Shown: positions 36,971 to 46,368, counted from the stretch's first letter. The stretch: DNA of 64,000 nt from Thermoplasmata archaeon (GCA_038729465.1 JAVYRZ010000005.1:2970-66969), one strand, 5' to 3'. Notes: generated from the letters alone by a model not told the origin. Numbers and translations are program-made.

Positions 36971-38122
36971 ATGTTTAAAAAGCAGGCGCAGGTAGGAAGT
37001 GGAGATAGCGTAATAGGTGCTACCACAATAATATGGGAAGATCAATATAAAGAAACCAACATTATGTGGAAAGTTCCAAGAAATATCAGGTTAAATGATA
37101 ACATAGTGGTAAGAGAAGATGAGATTGCTGTTTTTTTCAGAGATGGTAAAGTATTAACTTATTTTGACAAACCTGATCGATATGCGTTAACATCATTAAA
37201 TGCTCCGGTTGCAGGAAAACTGGTCCAATTTTTGTCAGGAGTTCAACAGCAAGCTGAAGTCTATTATCTGCAGCGCAGGTTTTTGGATGGCAAGTTTGGC
37301 AGTAAAGAACCATACATATTCAACGACGCAGATTTTGGCATAGTGAACCTGCGTGTCTTTGGGGAGTATAGATACAGAATATCACATCCAGAGAATTTTA
37401 TAAATCAGTTTGTAGGAACTTTCAATGTTGAAACCTCTGCAGATGTTGAATCAAGAATGAAAGATCAGATGGTAATATTAGTATATGATACATTAGGAAA
37501 GATGAAGGCGCAGGGATTGAAAGTTACAGATCTGGCTGCAAATCTAACGAACATAGAGCAGGCTGTGCTTGCAAATTCCCCTTCGCATTTTGACCAGTAC
37601 GGATTGGAGATCAATAAGATATCCGGACTGTCCATAAATTTGCCGGATGAAGTACAAAAAGCAATTGATCTAAGATCTCAGATGTCAGTTCTGGGAGTGA
37701 ACTATATGCAATATCAGGCTGGTCAGGCAATGGTAGACGCTGCAAAAAATCCAAGTGGAGGTGCAGGCGCTATGACGGGATTGGGTGTGGGATTAGGAGC
37801 GGGAATGGGTGTAGGCGGCATGATGGGTGGTACAATGGCCGGGCAGATGTCTCAGCAACAAAACCAGAAAAAGTGCATTAAATGCGGAGCTATGATAGAT
37901 GCTAATGCAAAGTTCTGCCCTGTGTGCGGTGCAGATCAAACACAGACTGCAGCTACGATCACATGCCCAAATTGCAAGGCGGTTGTGCCGGCAGGTACAA
38001 AATTCTGCCCAAATTGTGGCACAAAACTGTCAGGTACCATAACATGCCCTAACTGTCATGCAGAGGTACCAGTGGGTACAAAGTTCTGTCCTAACTGTGG
38101 CTATAAAATTACAGGAGCGTGA
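36971..38122 (+). CDS. SPFH/Band-7 superfamily protein of the YdjI / COG4260 (virion-core-protein-like) type with three C-terminal zinc ribbons
   Basis: It has IIWEDQYKETNIMWKVP...IVVREDEIAVFFRDGKV, VNLRVFGEYRYRISHPENFINQFVG, LKVTDLAANLTNIE, GLEINKISGLSINLPDEVQKAIDLRSQM and YMQYQAGQAMVDAAKNPSGGAG. A Gly/Met-rich linker follows, then three CxxC-x(10-11)-CPxCG ribbons. Confidence 0.85.
   Translation: MFKKQAQVGSGDSVIGATTIIWEDQYKETNIMWKVPRNIRLNDNIVVREDEIAVFFRDGKVLTYFDKPDRYALTSLNAPVAGKLVQFLSGVQQQAEVYYLQRRFLDGKFGSKEPYIFNDADFGIVNLRVFGEYRYRISHPENFINQFVGTFNVETSADVESRMKDQMVILVYDTLGKMKAQGLKVTDLAANLTNIEQAVLANSPSHFDQYGLEINKISGLSINLPDEVQKAIDLRSQMSVLGVNYMQYQAGQAMVDAAKNPSGGAGAMTGLGVGLGAGMGVGGMMGGTMAGQMSQQQNQKKCIKCGAMIDANAKFCPVCGADQTQTAATITCPNCKAVVPAGTKFCPNCGTKLSGTITCPNCHAEVPVGTKFCPNCGYKITGA
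37873..38113 (+). repeat. Three tandem zinc-ribbon coding modules (last two near-identical 27-aa units)
   Basis: The modules are CIKCGAMIDANAKFCPVCG, ITCPNCKAVVPAGTKFCPNCGTKL and ITCPNCHAEVPVGTKFCPNCGYKI. The similarity is also visible at DNA level (acatgccc[a/t]aa[t/c]tg... ggtacaaa[a/g]ttctg[c/t]cc[a/t]aa[t/c]tgtggc). Confidence 0.85.
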
Positions 38123-39078
38123 AAAAAATGATATACTGTAGTAAATGTGGAGCACAATTGCCAGATGATGCACAATTTTGCTATAAATGTGGCACAAAAG
38201 TTACAACGCAACCGGCTCAGCAGGCAGAAGCGAAACCGGCTGAAGAATCACATATACTCAAAGAGATGAAATGTCCAAACTGCGGTGCACCATTTTCTCC
38301 GAAGTTTGGAGAGATGATAATTACCTGCGAATACTGTGGCAGTTCGATCACGCTTTCAAATGAGGGCTGGAAACAGATACAGAGCCATACCATGTTACCG
38401 CCAAAGACGCTTGACAACAATCAAGTCATACAGGTAGTAAAAGAATGGATGGACAGAGGCATATTTCACAAGCATGTGGCTGAGCATTCTGAATTAAAAG
38501 AGATCTCCGTGAGCATGGTGCCATACTGGATAATCCCAGCAACTGCAACCACTAACTATGTGGCATCAGAGACTGGAGAGAGCGTAGCCACGACAGTAGG
38601 TACAATGGTCGCTGCAGCAGCTTTGAGCAGTGCAGTAAGTCGTGGTCGTGGGCCGATACTTGCGGTAGGTGCACCTGTTAACATAAAAAAGAGTTATACA
38701 ATACATGGAGAATACCAGTATCCAGTGGTCGCTATTAAAGGATACCAGCAATATCAAGCGCTAGATTATCAATTTGATATACAGAACAGAGCGTTGTTCG
38801 ACACGACCAAGATACCAAAAAATATAAAAGTTTTGAATGGAGATCTAGGCGAGGAAGCTGCCAAAAATTCTGCAAAAGGCTATATAAATCAGCTACAGGA
38901 TAAAAAAGCACATTCACAGCACCATATGATTCAGTCAATACAGACCAATGTAAATGTTTCAGATGGTGAGTTATTGCATGTGCCTATCTGGGTATTGAAA
39001 TTTTTGTACAAAGGAAAAGAGACAATGGTATTTACAGTAGATGGCTATTCATTAAAAGTAATGCAGGAAATAAAATAG
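38119..39078 (+). CDS. Double zinc-ribbon protein with about 230-aa uncharacterised C-terminal domain
   Basis: It has YCSKCGAQLPDDAQFCYKCG and then KCPNCGAPFSPKFGEMIITCEYCG. The C-terminal part ends ...LLHVPIWVLKFLYKGKETMVFTVDGYSLKV. The GTG start overlaps the previous stop (GTGA), with an ATG alternative at 38128. Confidence 0.6.
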   Translation: MKKMIYCSKCGAQLPDDAQFCYKCGTKVTTQPAQQAEAKPAEESHILKEMKCPNCGAPFSPKFGEMIITCEYCGSSITLSNEGWKQIQSHTMLPPKTLDNNQVIQVVKEWMDRGIFHKHVAEHSELKEISVSMVPYWIIPATATTNYVASETGESVATTVGTMVAAAALSSAVSRGRGPILAVGAPVNIKKSYTIHGEYQYPVVAIKGYQQYQALDYQFDIQNRALFDTTKIPKNIKVLNGDLGEEAAKNSAKGYINQLQDKKAHSQHHMIQSIQTNVNVSDGELLHVPIWVLKFLYKGKETMVFTVDGYSLKVMQEIK

Positions 39079-39113
39079 AAACTATTAAATAATTTCTTTT
39101 TATTCTTTTTCCT

Positions 39114-40424
39114 ATGTTTATAGATCCTTGGTCATCACAGCAGTTTATTGATTATAATAGGCTTCGAAGAGAGTTTGGAATAGAAGAGTTTAACTTTAAA
39201 TTGCCAGATCCGCAAAAACTGTTCAGGAGAAATATAATATTCGGGCACAGAGGGTTTGACACTGTTTACGACGCAATAGTCAATCACCGGAAATTTGCGG
39301 TATTAACAGGATTGATGCCGTCTGGCAAGATGCATTTTGGTCATAAAATGACGATTGACCAGGTAATTTATTATCAATCTTTAGGTGCAGATATATACAT
39401 TGCAGTTGCCGATCTAGAAGCGTATGCTACAAGGGGGAAAAGTTTCAAAGAAACTCTGAAAATCGCAGAAGAAGAGTATTTTTTAAATTATATAGCATTG
39501 GGGCTAAAATCTGAGCATTCTCAAATTTATTTTCAATCTCTCAGAAAGGATGTTACAGATCTAGCATTTATTTTTTCGAAGAGAACCAACATTTCCGAGA
39601 TGAAAGGTATTTATGGATTTAAAGATGAAACCTCAATAGCGCACATCGAAAGCCCGTTAATACAGTCAGGAGATATTCTGCATGTTCAGCTGGACAAATA
39701 TTCAGGTCCGATCCCGACCGTGGTGCCGGTGGGCATAGACCAGGATCCGCACATCAGATTGGCGAGAGAGTTTACAAGAAGAGTCAGTTTTTTCAGCGTT
39801 CAGCAAACAGATAACGGGCTGGGGATTTTCATAAAGCAAGATAATAACGTTGCAGAGCTTCTAAATAATGTATCAGATAACCTTAAAAAAATAGGAATTA
39901 AAGAGATTGAATTAAATGTACCATATAAGGCACTTTACATAAAAAACTTTGATTTAGAAAAGCAATCTGTAATCGAAAAAGAGCTATTAAAGATAGAAAA
40001 GCAAGAAGGTGGCTACGGTTTTTATTTGCCAGCGGCCACGTATCATAGATTGATGACTTCTCTGGACGGTACCAGAAAAATGTCTTCTTCGGTTCCAGAT
40101 TCATATATATCTTTAACTGAAGAGCCGGCTGATGTAAAGAAAAAGATGATGAACGCCAAAACCGGCGGGGGCTCAACAATTGAAGAGCATCGTAAATTTG
40201 GTGGAAAGCCTGAAGAATGTTCAGTATACGAATATTATGTTTATCATCTAGTAGATGATGATAATTATTTAAAAGAGGTACATGACACATGCAAAGCAGG
40301 CACTAGACTATGCGGAAACTGTAAAAAAGAAGCTATTGAAAAAATCAATCTGTTTTTGAAAGACTTAAAGGAAAAAAGAGAGATTGCAAAAGAAGAACTT
40401 GACAAGTATGTGAGATTTAACTGA
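39114..40424 (+). CDS. trpS: Tryptophanyl-tRNA synthetase (archaeal/eukaryotic type)
   Basis: 436 aa with DPWSS..IDYNRLRREFG, the HIGH-like motif GKMHFGH, GIDQDPHIRLARE, the KMSKS-like motif RKMSSS, and a C-terminal four-Cys cluster. Confidence 0.85.
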   Translation: MFIDPWSSQQFIDYNRLRREFGIEEFNFKLPDPQKLFRRNIIFGHRGFDTVYDAIVNHRKFAVLTGLMPSGKMHFGHKMTIDQVIYYQSLGADIYIAVADLEAYATRGKSFKETLKIAEEEYFLNYIALGLKSEHSQIYFQSLRKDVTDLAFIFSKRTNISEMKGIYGFKDETSIAHIESPLIQSGDILHVQLDKYSGPIPTVVPVGIDQDPHIRLAREFTRRVSFFSVQQTDNGLGIFIKQDNNVAELLNNVSDNLKKIGIKEIELNVPYKALYIKNFDLEKQSVIEKELLKIEKQEGGYGFYLPAATYHRLMTSLDGTRKMSSSVPDSYISLTEEPADVKKKMMNAKTGGGSTIEEHRKFGGKPEECSVYEYYVYHLVDDDNYLKEVHDTCKAGTRLCGNCKKEAIEKINLFLKDLKEKREIAKEELDKYVRFN

Positions 40425-41640
40425 TGATCTCATATTTTATGTTATTTTCACTGAAAAACTTTTCAAGTGAAGTAATATGGTACGTGCCTAAAGTTTGAAG
40501 TGTGATAATGATCTTTACCATTCCTACAGGTACGTCTCTATCGAGCCTATCTCCCTCTATAGACTGCACATTCGCTTTTAAGTTAGAGATAAAGTTCAAG
40601 ATATCCTTTAAAGCTCCAGGCTGGTCCGGTATAATCATAGAAACCCGTGTTAAAAGTTTCTCTTCTGTCAACCCTTTTTCTATGATCTGAGTCAACAAGC
40701 TTAAATTTATGTTACCGCCACTAATAAGCGCGCAGATGTTCTTATTTTTCAAATTGATCTTGCCTGATAAAAGCGCAGCCAACGTTACTGCCCCTGCAGG
40801 TTCTGCTATGATTTTACCGCGGCTTAAAAGCATGTAAATGGCTCTGGATATCTCTGCGTCGCTAACAGAAACCAGTTCATCCACATATTTTTTCACAAGC
40901 TCAAAAGTGATATCTCCTGGTGTCTTTACGGCAATTCCGTCTGCAATAGTATCCAGATTTTTTAGAGGGATAATCTGGTTTTGCTCAACCGAAATTTTCA
41001 TAGATTGAGCACCTTCTGCTTCTACGCCTATTACCCTGATGTTTTTATTAAGTGATTTAAGAGCCAATGCAATGCCAGATATCAATCCTCCACCACCAAT
41101 GGGCACTAATACTGCATCAAGATCCTTTATTTGCTCAAATATCTCTATTCCTATAGTTCCCTGTCCGGCTATTAAAAGCTCATCATTAAACGGGTGTATA
41201 AATTTCTTGTTTTCATTATTGGCAAAAGCGATGGCTTCTCTGTACGCATCATCGTATGTGTTACCTACCAATCTTACTTCTGCACCGTAGCTTTTAGTGG
41301 CGATCACTTTCATGGGAGGCGTGAAGATAGGCATGAAGATCGTAGATGATATTCCTAAAGAATTTGCAGAATACGCAACTCCCTGCGCATGATTACCCGC
41401 ACTCGAAGCAACCACACCGCTCTTTTTTTCTTCTGGTGTTAAATTTTTAAGCCTATAATATGCACCCCTAAGTTTAAAAGAGCCGGTAGTCTGTAAATTT
41501 TCCAATTTCAAGTAAATATTATTACCTGTAAGCTCTGAGAATATTCTAGAATGTTCTACTGGAGTATGCTTAACTACATTTTTCAAAGCTTGTTCTGCTT
41601 TCTTGATCTCCTCAAACTGGATCATGTTCATCAAGTCCAT
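40417..41640 (-). CDS. ilvA: Threonine ammonia-lyase (threonine dehydratase) with C-terminal ACT-like domain
   Basis: 407 aa with the PLP-lysine motif LQTTGSFKLRGA, SSAGNHAQGVA and PIGGGGLISG. It overlaps the trpS 3' end convergently by 8 nt. Confidence 0.88.
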   Translation of the reverse strand: MDLMNMIQFEEIKKAEQALKNVVKHTPVEHSRIFSELTGNNIYLKLENLQTTGSFKLRGAYYRLKNLTPEEKKSGVVASSAGNHAQGVAYSANSLGISSTIFMPIFTPPMKVIATKSYGAEVRLVGNTYDDAYREAIAFANNENKKFIHPFNDELLIAGQGTIGIEIFEQIKDLDAVLVPIGGGGLISGIALALKSLNKNIRVIGVEAEGAQSMKISVEQNQIIPLKNLDTIADGIAVKTPGDITFELVKKYVDELVSVSDAEISRAIYMLLSRGKIIAEPAGAVTLAALLSGKINLKNKNICALISGGNINLSLLTQIIEKGLTEEKLLTRVSMIIPDQPGALKDILNFISNLKANVQSIEGDRLDRDVPVGMVKIIITLQTLGTYHITSLEKFFSENNIKYEIIS

Positions 41641-41974
41641 TCAAAAAATCTAAGCCAGTAATCCCATTTCTAAATCCCATTTTCTGTGCAGATTCAGAAA
41701 ATTCAGAAATCTTTGCATTAAGCATATCTTCAAAGTTTTTAACACCAGTAACTCTAGCAGCAACATCGCCAAGTTTTGAAGAAACACTTAGGTTCAGATA
41801 TCCGCACATAAGATATCCTTTTTCAGCTTTAATGATCAGCAAAGGCGCATGCTCTAGTTCCAGTTTTATGCCTAATGCAGTTTTATTTTTTAGTTTGATC
41901 TGTTCAATTATCATTTTGAGCGTGAATGTTGATAAAATATTTAATGTTTTACTATAAATTACGCAAGAACTCAA
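41612..41974 (-). CDS. DUF1805 (YunC-like) protein
   Basis: It has HAPLLIIKAEKGYLMCGYLN...LGDVAARVTGVKNFEDML. The likely true start is Met21 (MIIEQIK, coordinate 41914). Confidence 0.7.
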   Translation of the reverse strand: MSSCVIYSKTLNILSTFTLKMIIEQIKLKNKTALGIKLELEHAPLLIIKAEKGYLMCGYLNLSVSSKLGDVAARVTGVKNFEDMLNAKISEFSESAQKMGFRNGITGLDFLNGLDEHDPV

Positions 41975-42070
41975 TTTTTCTTAACTCTTTGTAAATTTAA
42001 ATCTATCTTTTAAATATAAAGAATTGAATATTAGAAATTCTTATATACTTGATTTTATATATATATTCAG

Positions 42071-42436
42071 GTGAATTATATGATTGAATTCACAAAAGAT
42101 GATGAAGAGCTGGTAAACTTTCTTGTGTCTGCTGGCATCAAGAAAAATATCGGTAAAACAATATCCTATTTACGAAAGGTGCAAGAAACCACGTCTGTAG
42201 AAATAGAACGTGCTACGGGGTTAAGACAGCCAGAAGTATCTATCGCCATGCAGTGGCTGGAAAAAAAGCAATGGATCATAAAGAGAGATATTAAAAAAGA
42301 AGGAAAAGGCAGGCCTGTTTTTGGGTATAGATTATCCAAGCCCTTCAAAGAGATCATTGAAGATATAGAAAGAGACCTGAAATCCAAAATAGATCTCGTA
42401 GATTCTAATATTGCAGGCCTAAAAAAATTTCTCTAA
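42071..42436 (+). CDS. Winged-helix (ArsR/MarR-like) transcriptional regulator
   Basis: 121 aa. TSVEIERATGLRQPEVSIAMQWLEKKQWIIKRDIKKEGKGRPVFGYRL is an HTH plus wing. Confidence 0.6.
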   Translation: MNYMIEFTKDDEELVNFLVSAGIKKNIGKTISYLRKVQETTSVEIERATGLRQPEVSIAMQWLEKKQWIIKRDIKKEGKGRPVFGYRLSKPFKEIIEDIERDLKSKIDLVDSNIAGLKKFL

Positions 42437-42441
42437 TATTT

Positions 42442-43071
42442 TTATTTTTTCCAAGCTTTATAGGCTCGGTACCCTAAATATAGTATTATAGCTATAGCTA
42501 CTGCGTAAACTACATAATCTAGCTCTCCGAAAAACCTGAAAATAACGACCCAGTTATTTCCAAGCATAAAACCGAGATATACAAGAACTATGCTCCATAT
42601 TAATGATCCTAACGCTGTGTAAATTGTAAATTTTAAGATATTCATCTCACCAATTCCTGCCGGAATCGAGATGAAAGTCCTGAATATCGGTACTAGTCGC
42701 GTCAAAAATACAGAGAGTGATCCATATTTTTTAAACCAATTTTCTACAACTGAAAGCTCTTGCTCTCTTATCAGTATATATCTTCCAAACTTTATAATAA
42801 ACGGTCTGCCACCATAATAGCCAATTCCGTAGCTGATCAGAGATCCTGCCAATCCACCTAACGTGCCGGCCAGTATCGCCAGAATCATGTTCATGGACCC
42901 TCTGTAAACTAGATACCCTGCAAATGGCAATATTACCTCGGAGGGAATTGGCAAAAGCATGCTCTCCAAGGTCATTAAACTAAAAACACCAAAATATCCA
43001 CCATATTCTAAAAAAGAGATTATTTGAGTTATAATCCATGATACAATTGAAAAAGACATTGAAACAATCAC
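42442..43071 (-). CDS. DedA-family membrane protein
   Basis: 209 aa with LESMLLPIPSEVILPFAGYLVYRG and LTRLVPIFRTFISIPAGI, both DedA/SNARE-associated motifs. Confidence 0.8.
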   Translation of the reverse strand: MIVSMSFSIVSWIITQIISFLEYGGYFGVFSLMTLESMLLPIPSEVILPFAGYLVYRGSMNMILAILAGTLGGLAGSLISYGIGYYGGRPFIIKFGRYILIREQELSVVENWFKKYGSLSVFLTRLVPIFRTFISIPAGIGEMNILKFTIYTALGSLIWSIVLVYLGFMLGNNWVVIFRFFGELDYVVYAVAIAIILYLGYRAYKAWKK

Positions 43072-43073
43072 TG

Positions 43074-43520
43074 TTAATAGTCCTTCTCTATTTCTAAAAT
43101 TTCAGAATGGATCAGTCCTTCTTTCCTAAGCTTGGCATGCTCTTTCATCATGCATCGATCCATGACCACTTCAATGCCGTTTTTTCTGGCTAATTCTGCT
43201 GCTTTTTCGTTAATAATACCCTCTTGTAACCATAACACTTTTACTTTCTTTTTTATTATATCATCTATCACATCATTGACACGCTCAGAAGGCATGAATA
43301 CTTCAGCCACGTCAATATCGACAGGAATATCTATGATGGACTTATATGCTTTTAATCCTGCAATTTCGTCTGCTGTAGGATTGACAGGATAGCAGACATA
43401 ACCATGCCTCATCAAGTATCTCATGACCGATCTGCTTGGCTTTTTTGGATCTTTGGATGCCCCTATAACCGCTATAGTCTTTGTATTTTTTAATATTGTT
43501 AAAAAGTCCATGTTTATCAC
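43074..43520 (-). CDS. CoA-binding domain protein (YccU/YneT-like)
   Basis: 148 aa with KTIAVIGASKDPKKPSRSVMRYLMRHGYVCYPVNP and VLWLQEGI. Confidence 0.8.
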   Translation of the reverse strand: MINMDFLTILKNTKTIAVIGASKDPKKPSRSVMRYLMRHGYVCYPVNPTADEIAGLKAYKSIIDIPVDIDVAEVFMPSERVNDVIDDIIKKKVKVLWLQEGIINEKAAELARKNGIEVVMDRCMMKEHAKLRKEGLIHSEILEIEKDY

Positions 43521-43526
43521 AAAAAA

Positions 43527-44942
43527 TTAAAATAAAAATGTTTTGAAGGCGCGATAAGTGCTCCACAGATCCAGCTTGCTTACTAGCTCGAAAGGAGAAT
43601 GCATAGAAAGTAAACCTGGGCCCATGTCTATCACATCCATTCCGTATTTTGCAAAATCCTGTGCAATAGTACCGCCACCACCTTCGTCAACTTTACCCAG
43701 CAACCCACTTTGATATATTACTCCTTTCGAATCAAAAAGGTTGCGCAGATATGCTAAATATTCAGCAGTAGCCTCGCTGCTATTGTACTTTCCACCACTG
43801 CCAGTATACTTTGTTATTATAGTACCATATCCTACTTTCGCGGCATTTGTAATATCTTGCACCTGCTTGTATAATGGATTAAGGGCAGCATTAACATCTG
43901 CACTTATAGCTTTGGAATTGTGCATCATAGTCACAAAATCACCGTACGTATAGTCTTTTAATATCTTGCCGAGTAATGTAGTGGTAACATAATCTATAAA
44001 GTTGGATCTTGCACCGCTGCTACCAGCACTGCCAATCTCCTCTTTATCATATACTATTATTATAGAAGTATACTCGGGCACCTTTAAATCTATAATGGCC
44101 TGAAATGAAGTATAGGCACAGATCCTGTCATCTTGGCCATAGGCTCCAACCATACTATTATCCAGCCCTACATCCCTAGCTTTATCTGCAGGCACAATCT
44201 CAATATCCGCAGACTGAAAATCTTGCTCCATTATACCATATTTTTCAAAAAGATTGTTTAAAACCGCAGTTTTTACCTTTGCTTTTATCTCTTCATCATT
44301 TATCGGCACACTAGATACTAATATCTGTAAATCTTCACCTTCAAATCCCTCAAATAGCTTTTTTTCACCCTGCACTTTTCGCGCTAAATGAGGCTCTATG
44401 TCAGGTATTACAAATACTGGATCTTCTTCAGATTCTCCGATTTTAAGGTCTATATTCTTTCCTTCTTTAGTAACTACCGTTCCATGAATAGCCAGAGGCC
44501 TGCTGACCCACTGATACTTTTTTATACCTCCATAGTAATGAGTCTTTAAAAGCGCTGTTGATGACTCAGAATCCTCGGTTAACGGATTAGGTTTTAAATC
44601 CAGTCTCGGTGAATCTATGTGAGATACTATGTATCTGATACCCTCTAATATTGGCTTTTTTCCAACCACAATAAATGCTGCCACTTTCTGATTTTTTGAC
44701 ATGTATAATTTAGAGCCAGATACAATGGATTTTACAGTGTGTAAGTTTTTAAAGCCTGCTTTTTCTGCTGTGTCTACAAAGTATCTGACCGCTTCACGCT
44801 CTGTTTTTACACTATTTAAAAATTTTCGATACTCTTTTGCAAATTCGTGAATCTCTTTTTTTTCTTTTTCAGAGACTCTGTTCCAACCATTTTCTCTATT
44901 CAAACTCAATTTCTTTTCTAAATTCTCTTTTTTTTGTGCCAT
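43527..44942 (-). CDS. M18-family aminopeptidase
   Basis: 471 aa with VSHIDSPRLDLKPNP, DDRICAYTS, YDKEEIGS and LSMHSPFE. Confidence 0.85.
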   Translation of the reverse strand: MAQKKENLEKKLSLNRENGWNRVSEKEKKEIHEFAKEYRKFLNSVKTEREAVRYFVDTAEKAGFKNLHTVKSIVSGSKLYMSKNQKVAAFIVVGKKPILEGIRYIVSHIDSPRLDLKPNPLTEDSESSTALLKTHYYGGIKKYQWVSRPLAIHGTVVTKEGKNIDLKIGESEEDPVFVIPDIEPHLARKVQGEKKLFEGFEGEDLQILVSSVPINDEEIKAKVKTAVLNNLFEKYGIMEQDFQSADIEIVPADKARDVGLDNSMVGAYGQDDRICAYTSFQAIIDLKVPEYTSIIIVYDKEEIGSAGSSGARSNFIDYVTTTLLGKILKDYTYGDFVTMMHNSKAISADVNAALNPLYKQVQDITNAAKVGYGTIITKYTGSGGKYNSSEATAEYLAYLRNLFDSKGVIYQSGLLGKVDEGGGGTIAQDFAKYGMDVIDMGPGLLSMHSPFELVSKLDLWSTYRAFKTFLF

Positions 44943-44946
44943 AAAA

Positions 44947-45765
44947 TCACCTTTTATCTACTTTAATTGCCGTATATCCGACCACTTTGTCCATCTTGCT
45001 AACATCGCCACTGGTCGCATATTTTAAAAGGCTTGGTTTGCCTTTTAATGCGTACAGCATGGTCATCATGGGGCCATACCCGCACGCAGATATATCATAT
45101 TTTAACAGCGTACTGTAAAAGTTAGAGAGATCCATCTTTATAATTTTTTCTATGAGCAAATGATCGTTTTTATAGGCGATCTCTTTTGGTACGTAATGCG
45201 AAAAATCGGAGGAGGCTATTATTACAACATCTTTCCCCTTTATTGCATCTTTTATAATTTCTCCTAATTTTACAGCGGTTTCATAACTTTGATCTAGCAT
45301 TAGAATAGGAACAAATTTTATATTATTATTAAAAAATTGTAAATAAGGTAACTGTACCTCTATTGAATGCTCGTATAAATGAGCGTTGACATCAGATTCT
45401 ACAAAGTCTCTATATATCATCCTTGAAAGCTCCAGATCATTTTTAACTATGCCTAACGGTGTTTTGAAATCTTGTGTGGTTATTGCCACACCTGGCCCTA
45501 TGCCATAATGATTTGGCCCTATTATAATAAAAGATTCTGGAAAACCATCCTCTGCTAAAGCATTATAAAAATGAGCAGCCACAGGTCCTGAATAAATATA
45601 TCCTGCATGAGGCACTATGCCACCTACAATATTTCTTGGCCCTGAAACTGCAAGAGAGGCAATTTTTCCAGGGCCTATGTTGTGCAAAAAAACTTCTCTA
45701 ATCAAATTTTTTAGATCTTCTTTATCTTCTGGATAGAACTGCCCTGCTACAGCAGAATTTCTCAT
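44947..45765 (-). CDS. MEMO1-family protein (AmmeMemoRadiSam system protein B-like)
   Basis: 272 aa with AVAGQFYP, GGIVPHAGYIYSGPVAAH, IIGPNH, SSDFSHY and CGYGP. Confidence 0.85.
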   Translation of the reverse strand: MRNSAVAGQFYPEDKEDLKNLIREVFLHNIGPGKIASLAVSGPRNIVGGIVPHAGYIYSGPVAAHFYNALAEDGFPESFIIIGPNHYGIGPGVAITTQDFKTPLGIVKNDLELSRMIYRDFVESDVNAHLYEHSIEVQLPYLQFFNNNIKFVPILMLDQSYETAVKLGEIIKDAIKGKDVVIIASSDFSHYVPKEIAYKNDHLLIEKIIKMDLSNFYSTLLKYDISACGYGPMMTMLYALKGKPSLLKYATSGDVSKMDKVVGYTAIKVDKR

Positions 45766-46361
45766 ATAGGTGCCTCGAAATCCTCCACTTTAAAGCTATA
45801 ATCTTCGTACGATTTTAAATCGCCTCTGCTCTTGAGGATCTCTCTGGTAAGTAACCAGTATACCAACGCTAACGCTTTTCTGCCTTTGTTGTTTGTCGGT
45901 ATTACAAGATCTATAAACGAGATTTGATTATTTGCATCGCAAAGTGCAATAATTGGAACACCCACTTGCAGTGCCTCTTTCAAAGCCTGGCTATCTGCTA
46001 TCGGGTCATTTAAAAATATTACCTGTGGCTCAATGTAGCCTGCTAAGCTGGGATTTGTCAACGTTCCGGGTATGAACCTACCTGAAATTGATTTTGCGCC
46101 AATGGTCTCTGCCATCAAAGATGCAGGTTTCTGAGCATACTGTCTCTGTGCAAGAATCAGAATTTCTGACGGCTCAAACTTTGCCAGAAATTTACCCGCT
46201 ATCGCAATTCTCTCATTCGTCTTAGCTATGTTCAAAATATATAATCCATCATTTCTTATACGAAATATGAACGGGACCATATCTTTTGACTTTATCTGCG
46301 TTCCTATATGCACTCCGGCTGTTAAATATTGTTCTTCTGGTATCAATAAATTTTCACTCAT
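45762..46361 (-). CDS. rps2: 30S ribosomal protein S2 (uS2)
   Basis: 199 aa with YLTAGVHIGTQIKSKDM..FIFRIRNDGLYILNI and PIIALCDANN. It follows eno, as in many archaea. Confidence 0.93.
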   Translation of the reverse strand: MSENLLIPEEQYLTAGVHIGTQIKSKDMVPFIFRIRNDGLYILNIAKTNERIAIAGKFLAKFEPSEILILAQRQYAQKPASLMAETIGAKSISGRFIPGTLTNPSLAGYIEPQVIFLNDPIADSQALKEALQVGVPIIALCDANNQISFIDLVIPTNNKGRKALALVYWLLTREILKSRGDLKSYEDYSFKVEDFEAPI

Positions 46362-46368
46362 AGTTTAT

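Noticed and set aside
44947-45765. MEMO1-family gene as part of an AmmeMemoRadiSam three-gene system
   Set aside because: No AMMECR1-like or radical-SAM partner is adjacent. The gene sits in the conserved eno-rps2-Memo housekeeping context, so no system can be claimed from this window.
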